Shown here one piece after another: positions 25,189-34,752 of a DNA stretch of 64,000 nucleotides. The position numbers and the translations under genes are program-made. Origin of the DNA: Candidatus Saccharimonadia bacterium (GTDB taxonomy: Bacteria > Patescibacteriota > Saccharimonadia > UBA4664); contig JBGTMQ010000020.1 of the NCBI GenBank assembly GCA_041743505.1, positions 81,099-145,098 of the forward strand, written 5' to 3'. How positions within the stretch are numbered: the stretch's first letter is position 1; each line of letters opens with the position of its first letter. Below the pieces are notes generated by a model. The model was given only the letters and a program-made list of their open reading frames with translations, did no database searches and had not been told where the DNA came from.

Positions 25189-26028
25189 ATGAGCGCAGAA
25201 CACGATATCGGCGGCCGCCACAGACAGGAAAATGATTTTGCTGGTGCCCGCGAAACTACCGAAGAACTAATGCGGCAGATTACTGAAGCCCACGAATTAG
25301 CTGCGCAAAACCAGCCTGCAGCCGACGAGATTGAACTAGCCGGTCACATAAGGCAGGCCCGAATGGAGTTAAATAACGAGAGCGAGGATACCGTCATCCT
25401 GCTATCGGCCAGCGAAACTGCCCGCGACCTTCATGACCGCAGGCTGGCTGATGATGTATATATGTCATTAGCCGGTGCCTATGGTACGCGCGGTGACATC
25501 GCCGGCGGCCTTGATGCCGTCAATCAAATTCAAGAACACGTCTTGCGGCTCGAAGGACTGGTCCGACTATCCGAAATCACGGGCGATGAGTCAGTTAAAC
25601 GTCAGCTCGCCGAAGCGGTCGAAAACAAGGCCGGTCACGCGGTTCACGTCGAGGTAGCCAGAGAAGTATTTTACAAATTTCGAATGGAGGACCGCGACCT
25701 CGATAAAGCCCAGAATTTTTCCAAGCTGGTCGCTAAATCCGCCGAAAATGCATCCAATTACCCTAAAGCTGTCGATACCAACGCGCGGGTAGCCTTGATG
25801 GCCATAATAGAACCCGACTCACCGCAACCCAGCCTTGATGCTCAGGCCAAAACCCTAGTTGACCAAGCAAATCTCACCGCCGACCCCCTCAAATATCTCG
25901 ATCAATACTGGAAACAAGCCCAAGATCAACCACCCGGCCCAGACCAGGAAAAGATGTTGGCAACCTACACCATAGCCACAGTCGAGTTAGCCAACGATGC
26001 GCTACGCCCAGATCAAGCTGCCGCCTAG
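25189..26028 (+). CDS. hypothetical helical protein, tandem paralog B
   Basis: 279 aa paralog of CDS 24306-25157. Confidence 0.5.
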   Translation: MSAEHDIGGRHRQENDFAGARETTEELMRQITEAHELAAQNQPAADEIELAGHIRQARMELNNESEDTVILLSASETARDLHDRRLADDVYMSLAGAYGTRGDIAGGLDAVNQIQEHVLRLEGLVRLSEITGDESVKRQLAEAVENKAGHAVHVEVAREVFYKFRMEDRDLDKAQNFSKLVAKSAENASNYPKAVDTNARVALMAIIEPDSPQPSLDAQAKTLVDQANLTADPLKYLDQYWKQAQDQPPGPDQEKMLATYTIATVELANDALRPDQAAA

Positions 26029-26030
26029 AA

Positions 26031-26059
26031 TTGACTCTAAAGCAAAGATATGCTATAAT
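26031..26059 (+). promoter_or_regulatory. sigma70-like promoter TTGACT-17-TATAAT
   Basis: Consensus-like promoter upstream of small CDS 26145. Confidence 0.5.
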
Positions 26060-26144
26060 TAATAATAGACGTATGCAGTGAGCACTGCTCCCCGCAGCAC
26101 GCACCAACTCGCATAATCCGCCAACCATCGAATGGACGGACACT

Positions 26145-26399
26145 ATGAACGAATACCTCGTCGTACGCGACGGCCAAGGTCGGCCTGTCTCGCGGGAGAT
26201 GCTCGTCGGTCTCGATCCATTTGGCAGTATCCTCGTGCTGACCAATCCGAAAGGCGGTCAAATCGATCTGCCCATAGAGACCGGGCCCAACTGGCAACAC
26301 GACTTCTCCGGCATTACCGGGGATCAAGGCGAACCATTTACGCTCGTCGAGCGCGCCGGCCAGTGGTTCTTGCAAACCCCCCTCCCGCTCAACTCCTGA
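26145..26399 (+). CDS. small hypothetical protein (84 aa)
   Basis: ORF downstream of a good promoter, weak SD. Confidence 0.4.
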   Translation: MNEYLVVRDGQGRPVSREMLVGLDPFGSILVLTNPKGGQIDLPIETGPNWQHDFSGITGDQGEPFTLVERAGQWFLQTPLPLNS

Positions 26400-26522
26400 G
26401 CAAACATCCGGTGCCGGCACTTCCGCTGGCGCCGGATTAATATTTTTGACTCAATGCAATTAAAAATACCCTGGGAACATGCGCGAATGGTTATCGCGTT
26501 GTTCCCAGGATAAACTAGTTAA

Positions 26523-28343
26523 CTAGAATCCGGGCAGATACCTGCCGAGGTGCGGATAGATATACGACCCCAGCTCCCGGTGGTATAGAGTGAGCATCTG
26601 CTCTTTGGTGATAGCATCAGTTCCAGCCCGCACAAACACCACCTGAAGCAGATAGTCACCGGTCAGCACGAGCGTCTTGGCTCCGGACAAGCTGCCTTCG
26701 GGATCGTCGGCGTCAAACTCCCACACCATATCGCCGGCGTCTCGTTGAGCAGGCGTGATGGGTTTGAAAGTAAGCGGCGGCGAGCCGAGCCCATAATGCC
26801 CGACGCACGGCTTTGGAAGATTATCCAAGTAGGCGCGTACGCCTTCCTTCCGGCCAGGGGCAAGCTTGATCAGATGCATGTAAATCTTGCCTATCATCTG
26901 ACCGGGCTCCTCCAAAACATAAACGCCACCGGCCAGCGGAACATCGCCGTATGCGTCCTGTGGCAAGAGAGGCCAATAATCTCCGCATTCATCGGGCAGC
27001 AACAAGTGCCTGCCGATAGTGACCATAGAGCGCTGATCCGCCTGGCCTGGCGGTGGAGGCGGTAGCATTGCCTGTTGCGAGGGCGCCACCTCTAGCACCG
27101 GGGCCGGACGGTGGCAAAAGCCTTCTCTAAGGCCCTTGAAACAAGTTAACATCCGGTTCGCTTGTGCTTGAAGCAGGTACGAATTCGGGTGCGCGCTCCA
27201 CTCCTGGCTCGTCGGGATGACCCGGTTAATCCAGCGCTTTCCGGGCTCCGGGCCGGCGACATCCTCACACATCGTGTGGTCGCCGTCTTGGAGAATATCA
27301 GAGGCATCAACGTATGTTGCACCAACCTCACGAACAGCTTCCTCGGTAATCTTATTTGCCTGATCGGCGATACTGTTGAGCCACTTCATCTTCTCCTTAC
27401 TGATTCTCGCAAGAACACCAAGGCCGCATTCCGCTGGCATCTTCTCGGTAGTCGGAAATGGCCGGGGATAGCCGGACACGAGCAATTGGCCACCCTCGGC
27501 CAGATTTGCCTGCACGGAGCGGTAGGTCGAAACCAGCCTTTTCCTGATATCCGAAGCCTTGTCTTCGATGAGCACATCCCGGTCGTCCGAGCAGTCGACC
27601 CAGAAGAAGTATGGCTTCAAATATCTCGAGTAAATATCTGTGACACAATCCTTGACGATATCAGCAAAACCAATATCGTTGCCGGTCATCGTGATTGTCA
27701 CCAGATTGGCCCGGCGGGTCGTGTCCAGCTTCTTGGGGTGGCCGGTCTTAGAATCGGACGCCCATTGCGGCGGGTTAGCCCGTTCTTCATGCTCACGCTT
27801 ATTGAACGGTCCCCAGGTCTCATCCCAGGATTGTTCGTCCTCAAAATGCTTAGAGGTAGCTCCACTGCATGCACGATGGTCCAAGGTCCAGGCCGGGTTC
27901 TCGGCTTCTAGCGCCTCCCATAGCTTAACCGGATAGGCATTGGCCGACCGGTGGCAGTGGTTGCCCTCGATAGCAGTACCGGTAACGAAATCCTGAAAGT
28001 TCGTACCGCAGCTGTCAGTGACATTATCCGGCGCCCCTTCCCCCGCAGCGAACGAGTCTCCGAGAGCCGCATACACTAGGGTATCCTGGTCGGAGCCAAG
28101 ATTCACGCCAGCTGGGTAGCCCCCGGGCCGCTCACGCGACCCATGTCTTCTCGGCGCCTCCCCAGTTAGATCTTCCAGACCTGGCACAGGTGGGCATACG
28201 CCCAAATGGACAGGACCGGTCGGCATGATCGGCCAGGGTGACCGGTCTGGTTCATCGGCGAAAGCAATTCCCGGGATAGCAAATAGCAAAATACCGGTCA
28301 AGAAAGTAACCAGCACCCTGCGAGCCGTACACAGACTCATCAA
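26523..28343 (-). CDS. secreted SGNH/GDSL-family hydrolase with C-terminal extension
   Basis: Signal peptide (LLFAIPGIAFA), block I GDSFAAGEG, and a later SAHPN (block V-like His). 606 aa. Confidence 0.65.
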   Translation of the reverse strand: MMSLCTARRVLVTFLTGILLFAIPGIAFADEPDRSPWPIMPTGPVHLGVCPPVPGLEDLTGEAPRRHGSRERPGGYPAGVNLGSDQDTLVYAALGDSFAAGEGAPDNVTDSCGTNFQDFVTGTAIEGNHCHRSANAYPVKLWEALEAENPAWTLDHRACSGATSKHFEDEQSWDETWGPFNKREHEERANPPQWASDSKTGHPKKLDTTRRANLVTITMTGNDIGFADIVKDCVTDIYSRYLKPYFFWVDCSDDRDVLIEDKASDIRKRLVSTYRSVQANLAEGGQLLVSGYPRPFPTTEKMPAECGLGVLARISKEKMKWLNSIADQANKITEEAVREVGATYVDASDILQDGDHTMCEDVAGPEPGKRWINRVIPTSQEWSAHPNSYLLQAQANRMLTCFKGLREGFCHRPAPVLEVAPSQQAMLPPPPPGQADQRSMVTIGRHLLLPDECGDYWPLLPQDAYGDVPLAGGVYVLEEPGQMIGKIYMHLIKLAPGRKEGVRAYLDNLPKPCVGHYGLGSPPLTFKPITPAQRDAGDMVWEFDADDPEGSLSGAKTLVLTGDYLLQVVFVRAGTDAITKEQMLTLYHRELGSYIYPHLGRYLPGF

Positions 28344-28588
28344 TATCTCCCCTCACACTCGCTGTGCAGATTCTCAATGAACAAACAAAGCTGGCCAGCA
28401 ACCGGTACAGCTTGCATACGACCTATGCTCGCTAACAAGCAAGGCATAAACCGATCACACTCTAACATAGTATTAACAAAATGTCAACCAAATAACCGGC
28501 AACTCCTTCATCTGTAAAACTTGATTAAGTCCAACGATGCTGGTATAAGAAACGCAGTTCATAGTCTGGTCCGATCGAGGGAGCCGTC

Positions 28589-29173
28589 ATGCCTAATGAT
28601 TTTCTCTTCCTGACGCTACCAACCGACGAGCTTGAACGCCCGCTCAAAACACTGGAACTGCCGACCCGAGCGTATCACTGCCTGATGCGCGAGGAAGATA
28701 TCAGCACCGTAGGGGATTTGCTGGCCTGCTCAGAGTCTGAGCTAATCGACATTCGCATCATGGGGTCTAGTTTGGTTGACCAAGTCAAGATCAAGCTGGC
28801 AAAGCGCGGCTGGCATCTGTCGCCTCACGACCAGAGCACCGAACCGCCGCCGGGGGATTCATGGGTCCAGGTGCCACATGGGCAATACCTAAACAAGCAG
28901 CGCCAGGTCCTCCAGAGCCGGGTGCGTAGAATATCGCTTGATCGCTACAGCTGCCCCTACCCCGGCTACCCTAACACCCCAGTGGATGCTATCCGCTCGG
29001 TCATTAACCTGTCGACGCTCGGTGATCTGGCCGCCCTTACCGAAGTTAAGGTCCGGGCGGCCGTCGAAGAGGCCACCCGTAAGCCTCACTTCGAGCAGTT
29101 CGACATCGCCAAGTCCGTAGACTGGATCAAGCAGAAATTGACCGAAGTCGGGCTGAAATTGGCCCAACCGTAA
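28589..29173 (+). CDS. RpoA alpha-CTD-like domain protein, paralog 3
   Basis: DFLFLTLPTDELERPLKTLELPTRAYHCLMREEDISTVGDLLACSESELIDIRIMGSSL plus GWHLSPH...EPPPGDSW. Second HhH-like repeat. GAGGGA SD. Confidence 0.6.
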   Translation: MPNDFLFLTLPTDELERPLKTLELPTRAYHCLMREEDISTVGDLLACSESELIDIRIMGSSLVDQVKIKLAKRGWHLSPHDQSTEPPPGDSWVQVPHGQYLNKQRQVLQSRVRRISLDRYSCPYPGYPNTPVDAIRSVINLSTLGDLAALTEVKVRAAVEEATRKPHFEQFDIAKSVDWIKQKLTEVGLKLAQP

Positions 29174-29291
29174 CCGGCGCACCAGCCCGCAATAAGGGCC
29201 CGGGAATCAACTCCCCGGGCCCTTTGACATACTCAATCGGTTCTTGGATACTAAATGAGTTCTGCCCGACCCATGGTTTGGAGTAACCGCC

Positions 29292-30425
29292 ATGAAGCTC
29301 CGCAAGTTACTTGAAAGCAAGCTCACCCCGGCGCCCGAAACTAAACCCGATCCGGTAACCGTGCGCACTCTACGCCATACCGGACGCAAACTGGTGCTCA
29401 GAGACCTTTTTGCCACCCTGGTGGTTGAAGTGGGTGGCGAAGACATCGACATCACAGCCCGAGGCAGGACTTCGCGGCTCGCCAAGCTGCAGGTCTCTGA
29501 AAAGAACGATACTGTCACGCTCCGCGGGGTTAAACCCCAGGACGCCCTATCGCTTCACCTCGATAGCACCGGCTTGTTTAATAGCCGCTGGAGCCGCTGG
29601 CTGTTAAGACGGCTCGATGTCGTAGTATTGGCCCCGGAAGATAGCATCGGGCTGACTATTCGCGTGCCTGAAGGCACCGGGCTGGATATCAATGGCGTCG
29701 ACGGCAATATCATGATTGGTGACACCCAGGCCGCCCTAACGCTGGGTGTGGCATACAACCAGATCGCCACTGTCGGTCGCGTAAGTGATGCCGAAATCGA
29801 AGCCGGTTCCAGCTCGCGAGTCACTGTCGCCGGCGTACATGGCAGCCTACACATCGGCGCTGAATACTCAAGTCAGGTGACGGTCCGGGACGGCGATATT
29901 GTCGGTCTCACTGTTAAGAGTGATTCTAGTTCAGTAGTGCACGTACTCGGCCGCATTCACGATGCGGATGTCGGGGCGGCCTATAACAGCTCGGTCAAGC
30001 TGGGTATGGTGTCCGGCCGGCTGGATCTGGCGGGTGACTCTTCCTCCGACCTCACAGTGCTTGGGGGAACGGCCAACCAGTTGGAGGTAAAAGCCGCTTA
30101 CAACAGTGTTGTGAAATACGGCGGCACTGCCCGCGAAGTCACGCTCAAGCTTGACAGCAGCGCCGAAGCCTGGGTCGCCAACGTCACCGCCAGTTTAACG
30201 GTGAACGCCGACTACAACTCGCGCCTGACTATCGGCGATGGTAATAGTGAGGGTGTAATCCCGATAGTCGACATCAGGGCCGGCAGCTCCACCGAAATCA
30301 GGATTCGGGCCGTGGTCCAACGCGGCCGGATTTCCGCTGATTACAACGCCCTGGTGCTGGCCCGTGATTATGGTAACCAGGTGAAGATCCGCCAAGACGA
30401 CTCAGCCCAGGTCGGTACCTTTTAA
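29292..30425 (+). CDS. beta-strand repeat protein (DUF4097 / putative adhesin-like)
   Basis: Many repeated short beta-strand units (V.V.G..G.L.V, AYNS..K) typical of beta-helix / DUF4097-type proteins. 377 aa. Confidence 0.5.
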   Translation: MKLRKLLESKLTPAPETKPDPVTVRTLRHTGRKLVLRDLFATLVVEVGGEDIDITARGRTSRLAKLQVSEKNDTVTLRGVKPQDALSLHLDSTGLFNSRWSRWLLRRLDVVVLAPEDSIGLTIRVPEGTGLDINGVDGNIMIGDTQAALTLGVAYNQIATVGRVSDAEIEAGSSSRVTVAGVHGSLHIGAEYSSQVTVRDGDIVGLTVKSDSSSVVHVLGRIHDADVGAAYNSSVKLGMVSGRLDLAGDSSSDLTVLGGTANQLEVKAAYNSVVKYGGTAREVTLKLDSSAEAWVANVTASLTVNADYNSRLTIGDGNSEGVIPIVDIRAGSSTEIRIRAVVQRGRISADYNALVLARDYGNQVKIRQDDSAQVGTF

Positions 30426-30587
30426 CCGCCCGCTTACTGCGTGCTGCCCTCCGGCCTCGTGGTCGGTGGGCATTTTTTTGTTATTAATTATTGAATACAA
30501 AAGTTATCCACATTGACGCTTATCGGACAGAAGGGGTACCATTATTTTGTTCTTCAAAAACGAAAAGCTTAAAAATAAACGTCCCTC

Positions 30588-31826
30588 TTGTATTTAACGC
30601 GAGAGACTACGATTTTAAGCCACATAATAGGTCCGCTGGCCGCGACTTACCAGAAGCTGACTGCTCAACCCCGCAATTTCCTGGCCATCGGTATCCTCAT
30701 CACCATTGTATTTTTCGGACTATCGTCCGGCCATTTGCCACTCTCACCAACCGCTAGCGCCGATGCGCAGCGCCTAGTATCACTGTACGCTGATGGCCAG
30801 AAACGAGTCTTCGCTACCGAAGCCGGAACGGTTCGTGAGGCCCTGGACAACAGTAATGTTCAGCTGGCCAAGAACGATTTGGTCGAGCCAAGTCTTGAAA
30901 CGGAAATCCCGCAAGGTTTCTTCAACATTAATGTTTATCGCGCTCGGCCGGTGCTGGTGCAAGACGGGTACAAGTCACACTACATCACCAGCGCTTACCA
31001 AAGCCCCCGCCTGCTAGCTGAGGCCGCTGGCCTGCACATCTACCCGGAAGACGGCTACACCACAACCATGATCTCTGAATTTGTCGACAACGCCGCCGTC
31101 GGCATCAAAGTTGAAGTGAAGCGTGCCATGCCCTTGACCATACATGCCGATGGTACCGTTAAGTCCGTGCGCACTCAGTCCAAGACCGTCCGCGAGGCCT
31201 TGGACCAAAGCGGTGTGTCCCTTGGTCTCAAAGATACCGCCTCAGTACCAATGACAGATCCGGTGGTAGCTGGTATGAATGTTGCCATCACCAGGGTGAC
31301 GGATGTCGAAACCACCATCTCCACGCAGTTGCCACGTGGCCTGCAGACCGTCAATGACCCCAATGTGCTCAAGGGCGAGACCCACGTGCGGCAAGAAGGC
31401 TCAGATGGTGAGAAATCGGTCCTCTATCGCATCCACTACCGTGATGGAGTTGAAGTCAGCCGCGAGCAGTTACGCACTGTTAGCCAAACCGCTCCCGTGG
31501 ACCGGGTCGTCATGGTTGGCACCAAGGTCTTGTTTGCCGGTTCGGTTGAGCACTGGCGGCCGATGGTCATAGCCGCGGCCACGCAGTGGGGTCTTGATCC
31601 TAATATGATGATGCGGATAATGTCCTGTGAATCCAAAGGTAATGCCACTAGCGTCAGTCACTTTGTCGTCAACGGCCAGCACCCCACCGGCCTGTTCCAA
31701 TACCTGCCGTCAACCTGGCGCTCCAGCGGTGGCACTGACAGCAATATCCTCGATGGCGCTACTCAAATCCAAATCACCGCCAAAAAAATGGCCACCCAGG
31801 GCACCGGCGCTTGGCAGTGCAAGTAA
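30588..31826 (+). CDS. RpfB-like resuscitation-promoting factor (DUF348 repeats, G5 domain, transglycosylase-like domain)
   Basis: TVREALD repeats (DUF348), G5-like KGETHVRQEGSDGEKSVLYRIHYRDGVEV, and a C-terminal CESKGN...GLFQYLPSTW transglycosylase-like domain. The start is uncertain (TTG 30588, no ATG/GTG upstream of the TM segment). Confidence 0.7.
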   Translation: MYLTRETTILSHIIGPLAATYQKLTAQPRNFLAIGILITIVFFGLSSGHLPLSPTASADAQRLVSLYADGQKRVFATEAGTVREALDNSNVQLAKNDLVEPSLETEIPQGFFNINVYRARPVLVQDGYKSHYITSAYQSPRLLAEAAGLHIYPEDGYTTTMISEFVDNAAVGIKVEVKRAMPLTIHADGTVKSVRTQSKTVREALDQSGVSLGLKDTASVPMTDPVVAGMNVAITRVTDVETTISTQLPRGLQTVNDPNVLKGETHVRQEGSDGEKSVLYRIHYRDGVEVSREQLRTVSQTAPVDRVVMVGTKVLFAGSVEHWRPMVIAAATQWGLDPNMMMRIMSCESKGNATSVSHFVVNGQHPTGLFQYLPSTWRSSGGTDSNILDGATQIQITAKKMATQGTGAWQCK

Positions 31827-31865
31827 TCTTGCTTTAACCGGCCGAAACTAGCCTATACTAGGAAG

Positions 31866-33035
31866 ATGAATTTATTAGACATAGGCATCATCCTGCTCGT
31901 GATGGCCGTGGCTGCCCGCGGGCTGCAGGCCGGTTTTTTGCGTCAAGCCGGATCGCTGGGCGGCTTTGGGGTAGGCTTGCTACTCGGCGCGGCCCTGGCC
32001 CCGTGGGCTGTGCAATGGGCTGTGACTGACTCGTCCAAGGCCATCCTGGCCATCGCGGTTGTATTCGGCACCGCCTTAGCACTCAGTGGAGTCGGAGAGT
32101 TAATCGGCGCCACGGCCGGTCACCACGCCCGCCGCAGCCGCCTCGGCCGCATCGATGAAGTGGCCGGCGCGGCCTTTGGCGTGGTTGTGGGGTTGGTGGT
32201 GGTCTGGCTGCTGGGCTCCTTGCTCATGCGCCTGCCGCTGCCCGGGGTCCAAGCGGGAATCCAGCGCTCAGTCGTCTTACGGGTCTTAGACCAAAACCTG
32301 CCGCCGGCCCCGGATGTTGTGGCGCGGTTCGGCCGGTTGGTGGCGCCAAATGGTTTCCCGTCAGTCTTTAGTGGCCTCGAACCGGCGCCGGCGCCTCCGG
32401 TCACCGGACCAAACGCCGCGGCCATAAACCAGGCGGCCGCGGCCGGCCGTGCTGCAACCGTCAAGATTGAGGGTTTCGGATGCGGCGGCGTTGTCGACGG
32501 GTCCGGTTTTGTGGCCGGCCCGGGGCTGGTGGCTACCAATGCGCATGTCGTGGCCGGCATCCGGAACCCCATCGTGGTGGATAGCAAGGGTTTGCACGCC
32601 GCCACCGTGGTTGCTTTTGACCCCAACCTCGACTTTGCGGTCTTGCGCACCACCAATCTGGCCGCCGACCCTTTGCCGCTTGATACCAGGCTGGCTCCGC
32701 GTGGTACCGTCGGGGCTGCTTTAGGCTATCCTGGCGGCGGCCGGTTTACTATTACGCCGGCGGCCGTACTCCAGAGTCAGACGGCCCTCGGACGCAACAT
32801 TTACGACCGCGGTCTCGTCAAGCGCGATATTTATGCCCTCCAAGCAGGTATTCGTCCCGGTAACTCAGGCGGCCCCTTGGTTACGCCGAATGGGGTTGTG
32901 ATCGGCATGATCTTCGCCCGCTCCATCGCCAACGACAACATCGGCTACGCCCTTACCTCAGCCGAACTGCTGCCGAAACTGACAGCCGCCGCCTCCCACG
33001 GCCCGGTCACCACGGGCGCCTGCGCCGCCGGTTAG
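31866..33035 (+). CDS. CvpA-family membrane domain fused to trypsin-like (S1) serine protease (MarP-like)
   Basis: N-terminal CvpA-like 4-TM domain. C-terminal GCGGVVDG...TNAHVV...DFAVLR...GNSGGPL catalytic triad context. AGGAAG SD. Confidence 0.75.
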   Translation: MNLLDIGIILLVMAVAARGLQAGFLRQAGSLGGFGVGLLLGAALAPWAVQWAVTDSSKAILAIAVVFGTALALSGVGELIGATAGHHARRSRLGRIDEVAGAAFGVVVGLVVVWLLGSLLMRLPLPGVQAGIQRSVVLRVLDQNLPPAPDVVARFGRLVAPNGFPSVFSGLEPAPAPPVTGPNAAAINQAAAAGRAATVKIEGFGCGGVVDGSGFVAGPGLVATNAHVVAGIRNPIVVDSKGLHAATVVAFDPNLDFAVLRTTNLAADPLPLDTRLAPRGTVGAALGYPGGGRFTITPAAVLQSQTALGRNIYDRGLVKRDIYALQAGIRPGNSGGPLVTPNGVVIGMIFARSIANDNIGYALTSAELLPKLTAAASHGPVTTGACAAG

Positions 33036-33064
33036 ATTGCGCCGCACAGGTATAGCCCCCAATC

Positions 33065-33092
33065 TTGTATTTGCGACAAAAAATGCTATCCT
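33065..33092 (+). promoter_or_regulatory. sigma70-like promoter TTGTAT-16-TATCCT (duplicated at 33892)
   Basis: cttgtatttgcgacaaaaaatgctatcctaaag is nearly identical to the promoter of the downstream paralog. AAGGAG SD at 33136-33141. Confidence 0.55.
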
Positions 33093-33146
33093 AAAGCTCT
33101 GAAGCAAGCAGCCGCTTGTTTTCGTTCTTGGTACCAAGGAGCGACT

Positions 33147-33824
33147 ATGAAGCTGTACTACTGGGGGTTGTTCATCTCGGCGGCGGTGGTTGTTGTGTTA
33201 ATTCTCATGGTAAACAATATCGTGCCCAGGCCTGGTTTTACGGCAGTCGAGCCTGATCCGGTTGTTCCCGCCTCCACCAGCGTAGAGCCTGCGCCTGAAC
33301 CGGCTCCGGCTGAACCCGGCAGCGCGGTTGCAGAGCCGGCCACCGCGGTAGCCCCGCCCGCCAGGTCTGATTCGGGCTGGTCGGCCGTTGCTTACCGCAA
33401 AGAAGCTCCGGCCGGCGTTGCTACGCTTATCAGTATCAACTCGGCCCACCTCACCGAAGAAGGCGGCTTTGACCGCATCGGGCTCCATTTCCAGGGAGCC
33501 GTCCTGCCCGGAGTGTCAGCCGAGTATACGGCCAAAATCCTCCAGGATGGATCTGACCAACCGGCCCAGCTCGCCGGTAACGCCTTCATACAGCTAAAGC
33601 TGCTACAGGCAAAGCTTCCGGACGCCAAGTCCGGCCTTACCCAGCCGTCCCGCGGCGCCACCCTCAACCGGCCCCAGCTCAGAGCGTTTACCCTCAATGG
33701 TACGGCTGGCAATATCATCAGCATCGGACTCGGGCTGGACCACGGCGCCGATAACAAATCAGTCTTCCGGATTACTGAGGTATCGGAAAAGACCGAATCG
33801 GTGGTCTATGTCGACATCCGGTAG
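33147..33824 (+). CDS. membrane-anchored Pro-rich protein, tandem paralog P1
   Basis: TM helix, Pro/Ala-rich linker, then a C-terminal domain sharing EGG(F/Y)DR...QDGS with P2. Confidence 0.55.
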   Translation: MKLYYWGLFISAAVVVVLILMVNNIVPRPGFTAVEPDPVVPASTSVEPAPEPAPAEPGSAVAEPATAVAPPARSDSGWSAVAYRKEAPAGVATLISINSAHLTEEGGFDRIGLHFQGAVLPGVSAEYTAKILQDGSDQPAQLAGNAFIQLKLLQAKLPDAKSGLTQPSRGATLNRPQLRAFTLNGTAGNIISIGLGLDHGADNKSVFRITEVSEKTESVVYVDIR

Positions 33825-33842
33825 CAACCCGCCATCACCCAG

Positions 33843-33878
33843 CCGGGCCGTACTCTGCTAAGAGTCCGTCCCGGTTTT
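33843..33878 (+). terminator. rho-independent terminator (ccgggccgtactct-gcta-agagtccgtcccgg + TTTT)
   Basis: Imperfect 14-bp stem followed by a T-tract. Homologous to the terminator after P2. Confidence 0.6.
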
Positions 33879-33891
33879 AAGGTATTATAAC

Positions 33892-33919
33892 TTGTATTTT
33901 TCAGAAAAAATGCTATACT
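33892..33919 (+). promoter_or_regulatory. sigma70-like promoter TTGTAT-16-TATACT (duplicate of 33065)
   Basis: cttgtatttttcagaaaaaatgctatactaagg. Confidence 0.55.
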
Positions 33920-33977
33920 AAGGCACTGGAATAGGCGACCGCCATTTCTTGTCCCTCCTACACGAATAGGATCAAAG

Positions 33978-34742
33978 GTGAAAAAACTTATTCTTGGGCT
34001 TACCCTCGCAGCTATCGCCGTAGTCGTATTGGCACTGTTGGCCTTCAATGTCATACCGATGCCAGGTTCCTCACCCAACGAGTCAGCCAATGCGCCGGCT
34101 ACCAGCGCCCTGCCGTCGCCGCCGGACGCACCAGTCTTGGAGCCGGCCCAGGGGCAGCCCGCGGCTCCCATCGTTCCACCTGATTCACCGGTTTCAGCGC
34201 CGTCGCCGGTCGCCACTTCACCGGCGCCACAGGTGACGAAACCCGCCGGCCTTAGCCCGGACTGGTCGACTGCCTCCAGAGAGTACACGCCAAACGAAGC
34301 AGCCTTGAACAAACTGGTCCCAACTCCCATCATGGTCAACGTCCGGTGCGGCACCCATACCCAAGAAGGCGGGTACGACCGAACAGTCTTCGACTTCAAT
34401 GGGTTGATGCCAGGCTACAAGATCGAGTACGTACAGCAGGTGATTCAGGACGGCTCTGGCAACACGACGAACCCGCCCGGTGGCAAGTACTTCTTGAATG
34501 TCACATTTACCCCGGCCGATGCCCACTACACCGACGGTACCTCAGCGCTGAAGTCCAAGGAATGCTCCGCCACGCCGAATTTCCCCGCACTTCGCAGTCA
34601 CAATGTCCACAGCGACTACGAAGCCCATGTCGGCGCAGCCCTGGGCCTCGGCCACAAGGCACCAATCCGTGTCGGCGCAGTCGACAAAACCGGACCCGAC
34701 GGCAAGCCGCGGCAAAGCTTGTACATCGACGTTCACCACTGA
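33978..34742 (+). CDS. membrane-anchored Pro-rich protein, tandem paralog P2
   Basis: GTG start with AGGA 7 nt upstream. Same architecture as P1. My base numbering is about 1 nt off in this stretch (the parsed stop falls at 34741-34743). Confidence 0.55.
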   Translation: MKKLILGLTLAAIAVVVLALLAFNVIPMPGSSPNESANAPATSALPSPPDAPVLEPAQGQPAAPIVPPDSPVSAPSPVATSPAPQVTKPAGLSPDWSTASREYTPNEAALNKLVPTPIMVNVRCGTHTQEGGYDRTVFDFNGLMPGYKIEYVQQVIQDGSGNTTNPPGGKYFLNVTFTPADAHYTDGTSALKSKECSATPNFPALRSHNVHSDYEAHVGAALGLGHKAPIRVGAVDKTGPDGKPRQSLYIDVHH

Positions 34743-34752
34743 TCAACCCCGC

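Noticed and set aside
30429-30478. Arm-like sequence cttactgcgtgctgccctcc within the terminator region after CDS 29292-30425
   Set aside because: Only a partial, interrupted match to the arm consensus with no partner arm or core. More simply explained as a GC-rich terminator stem followed by T7.
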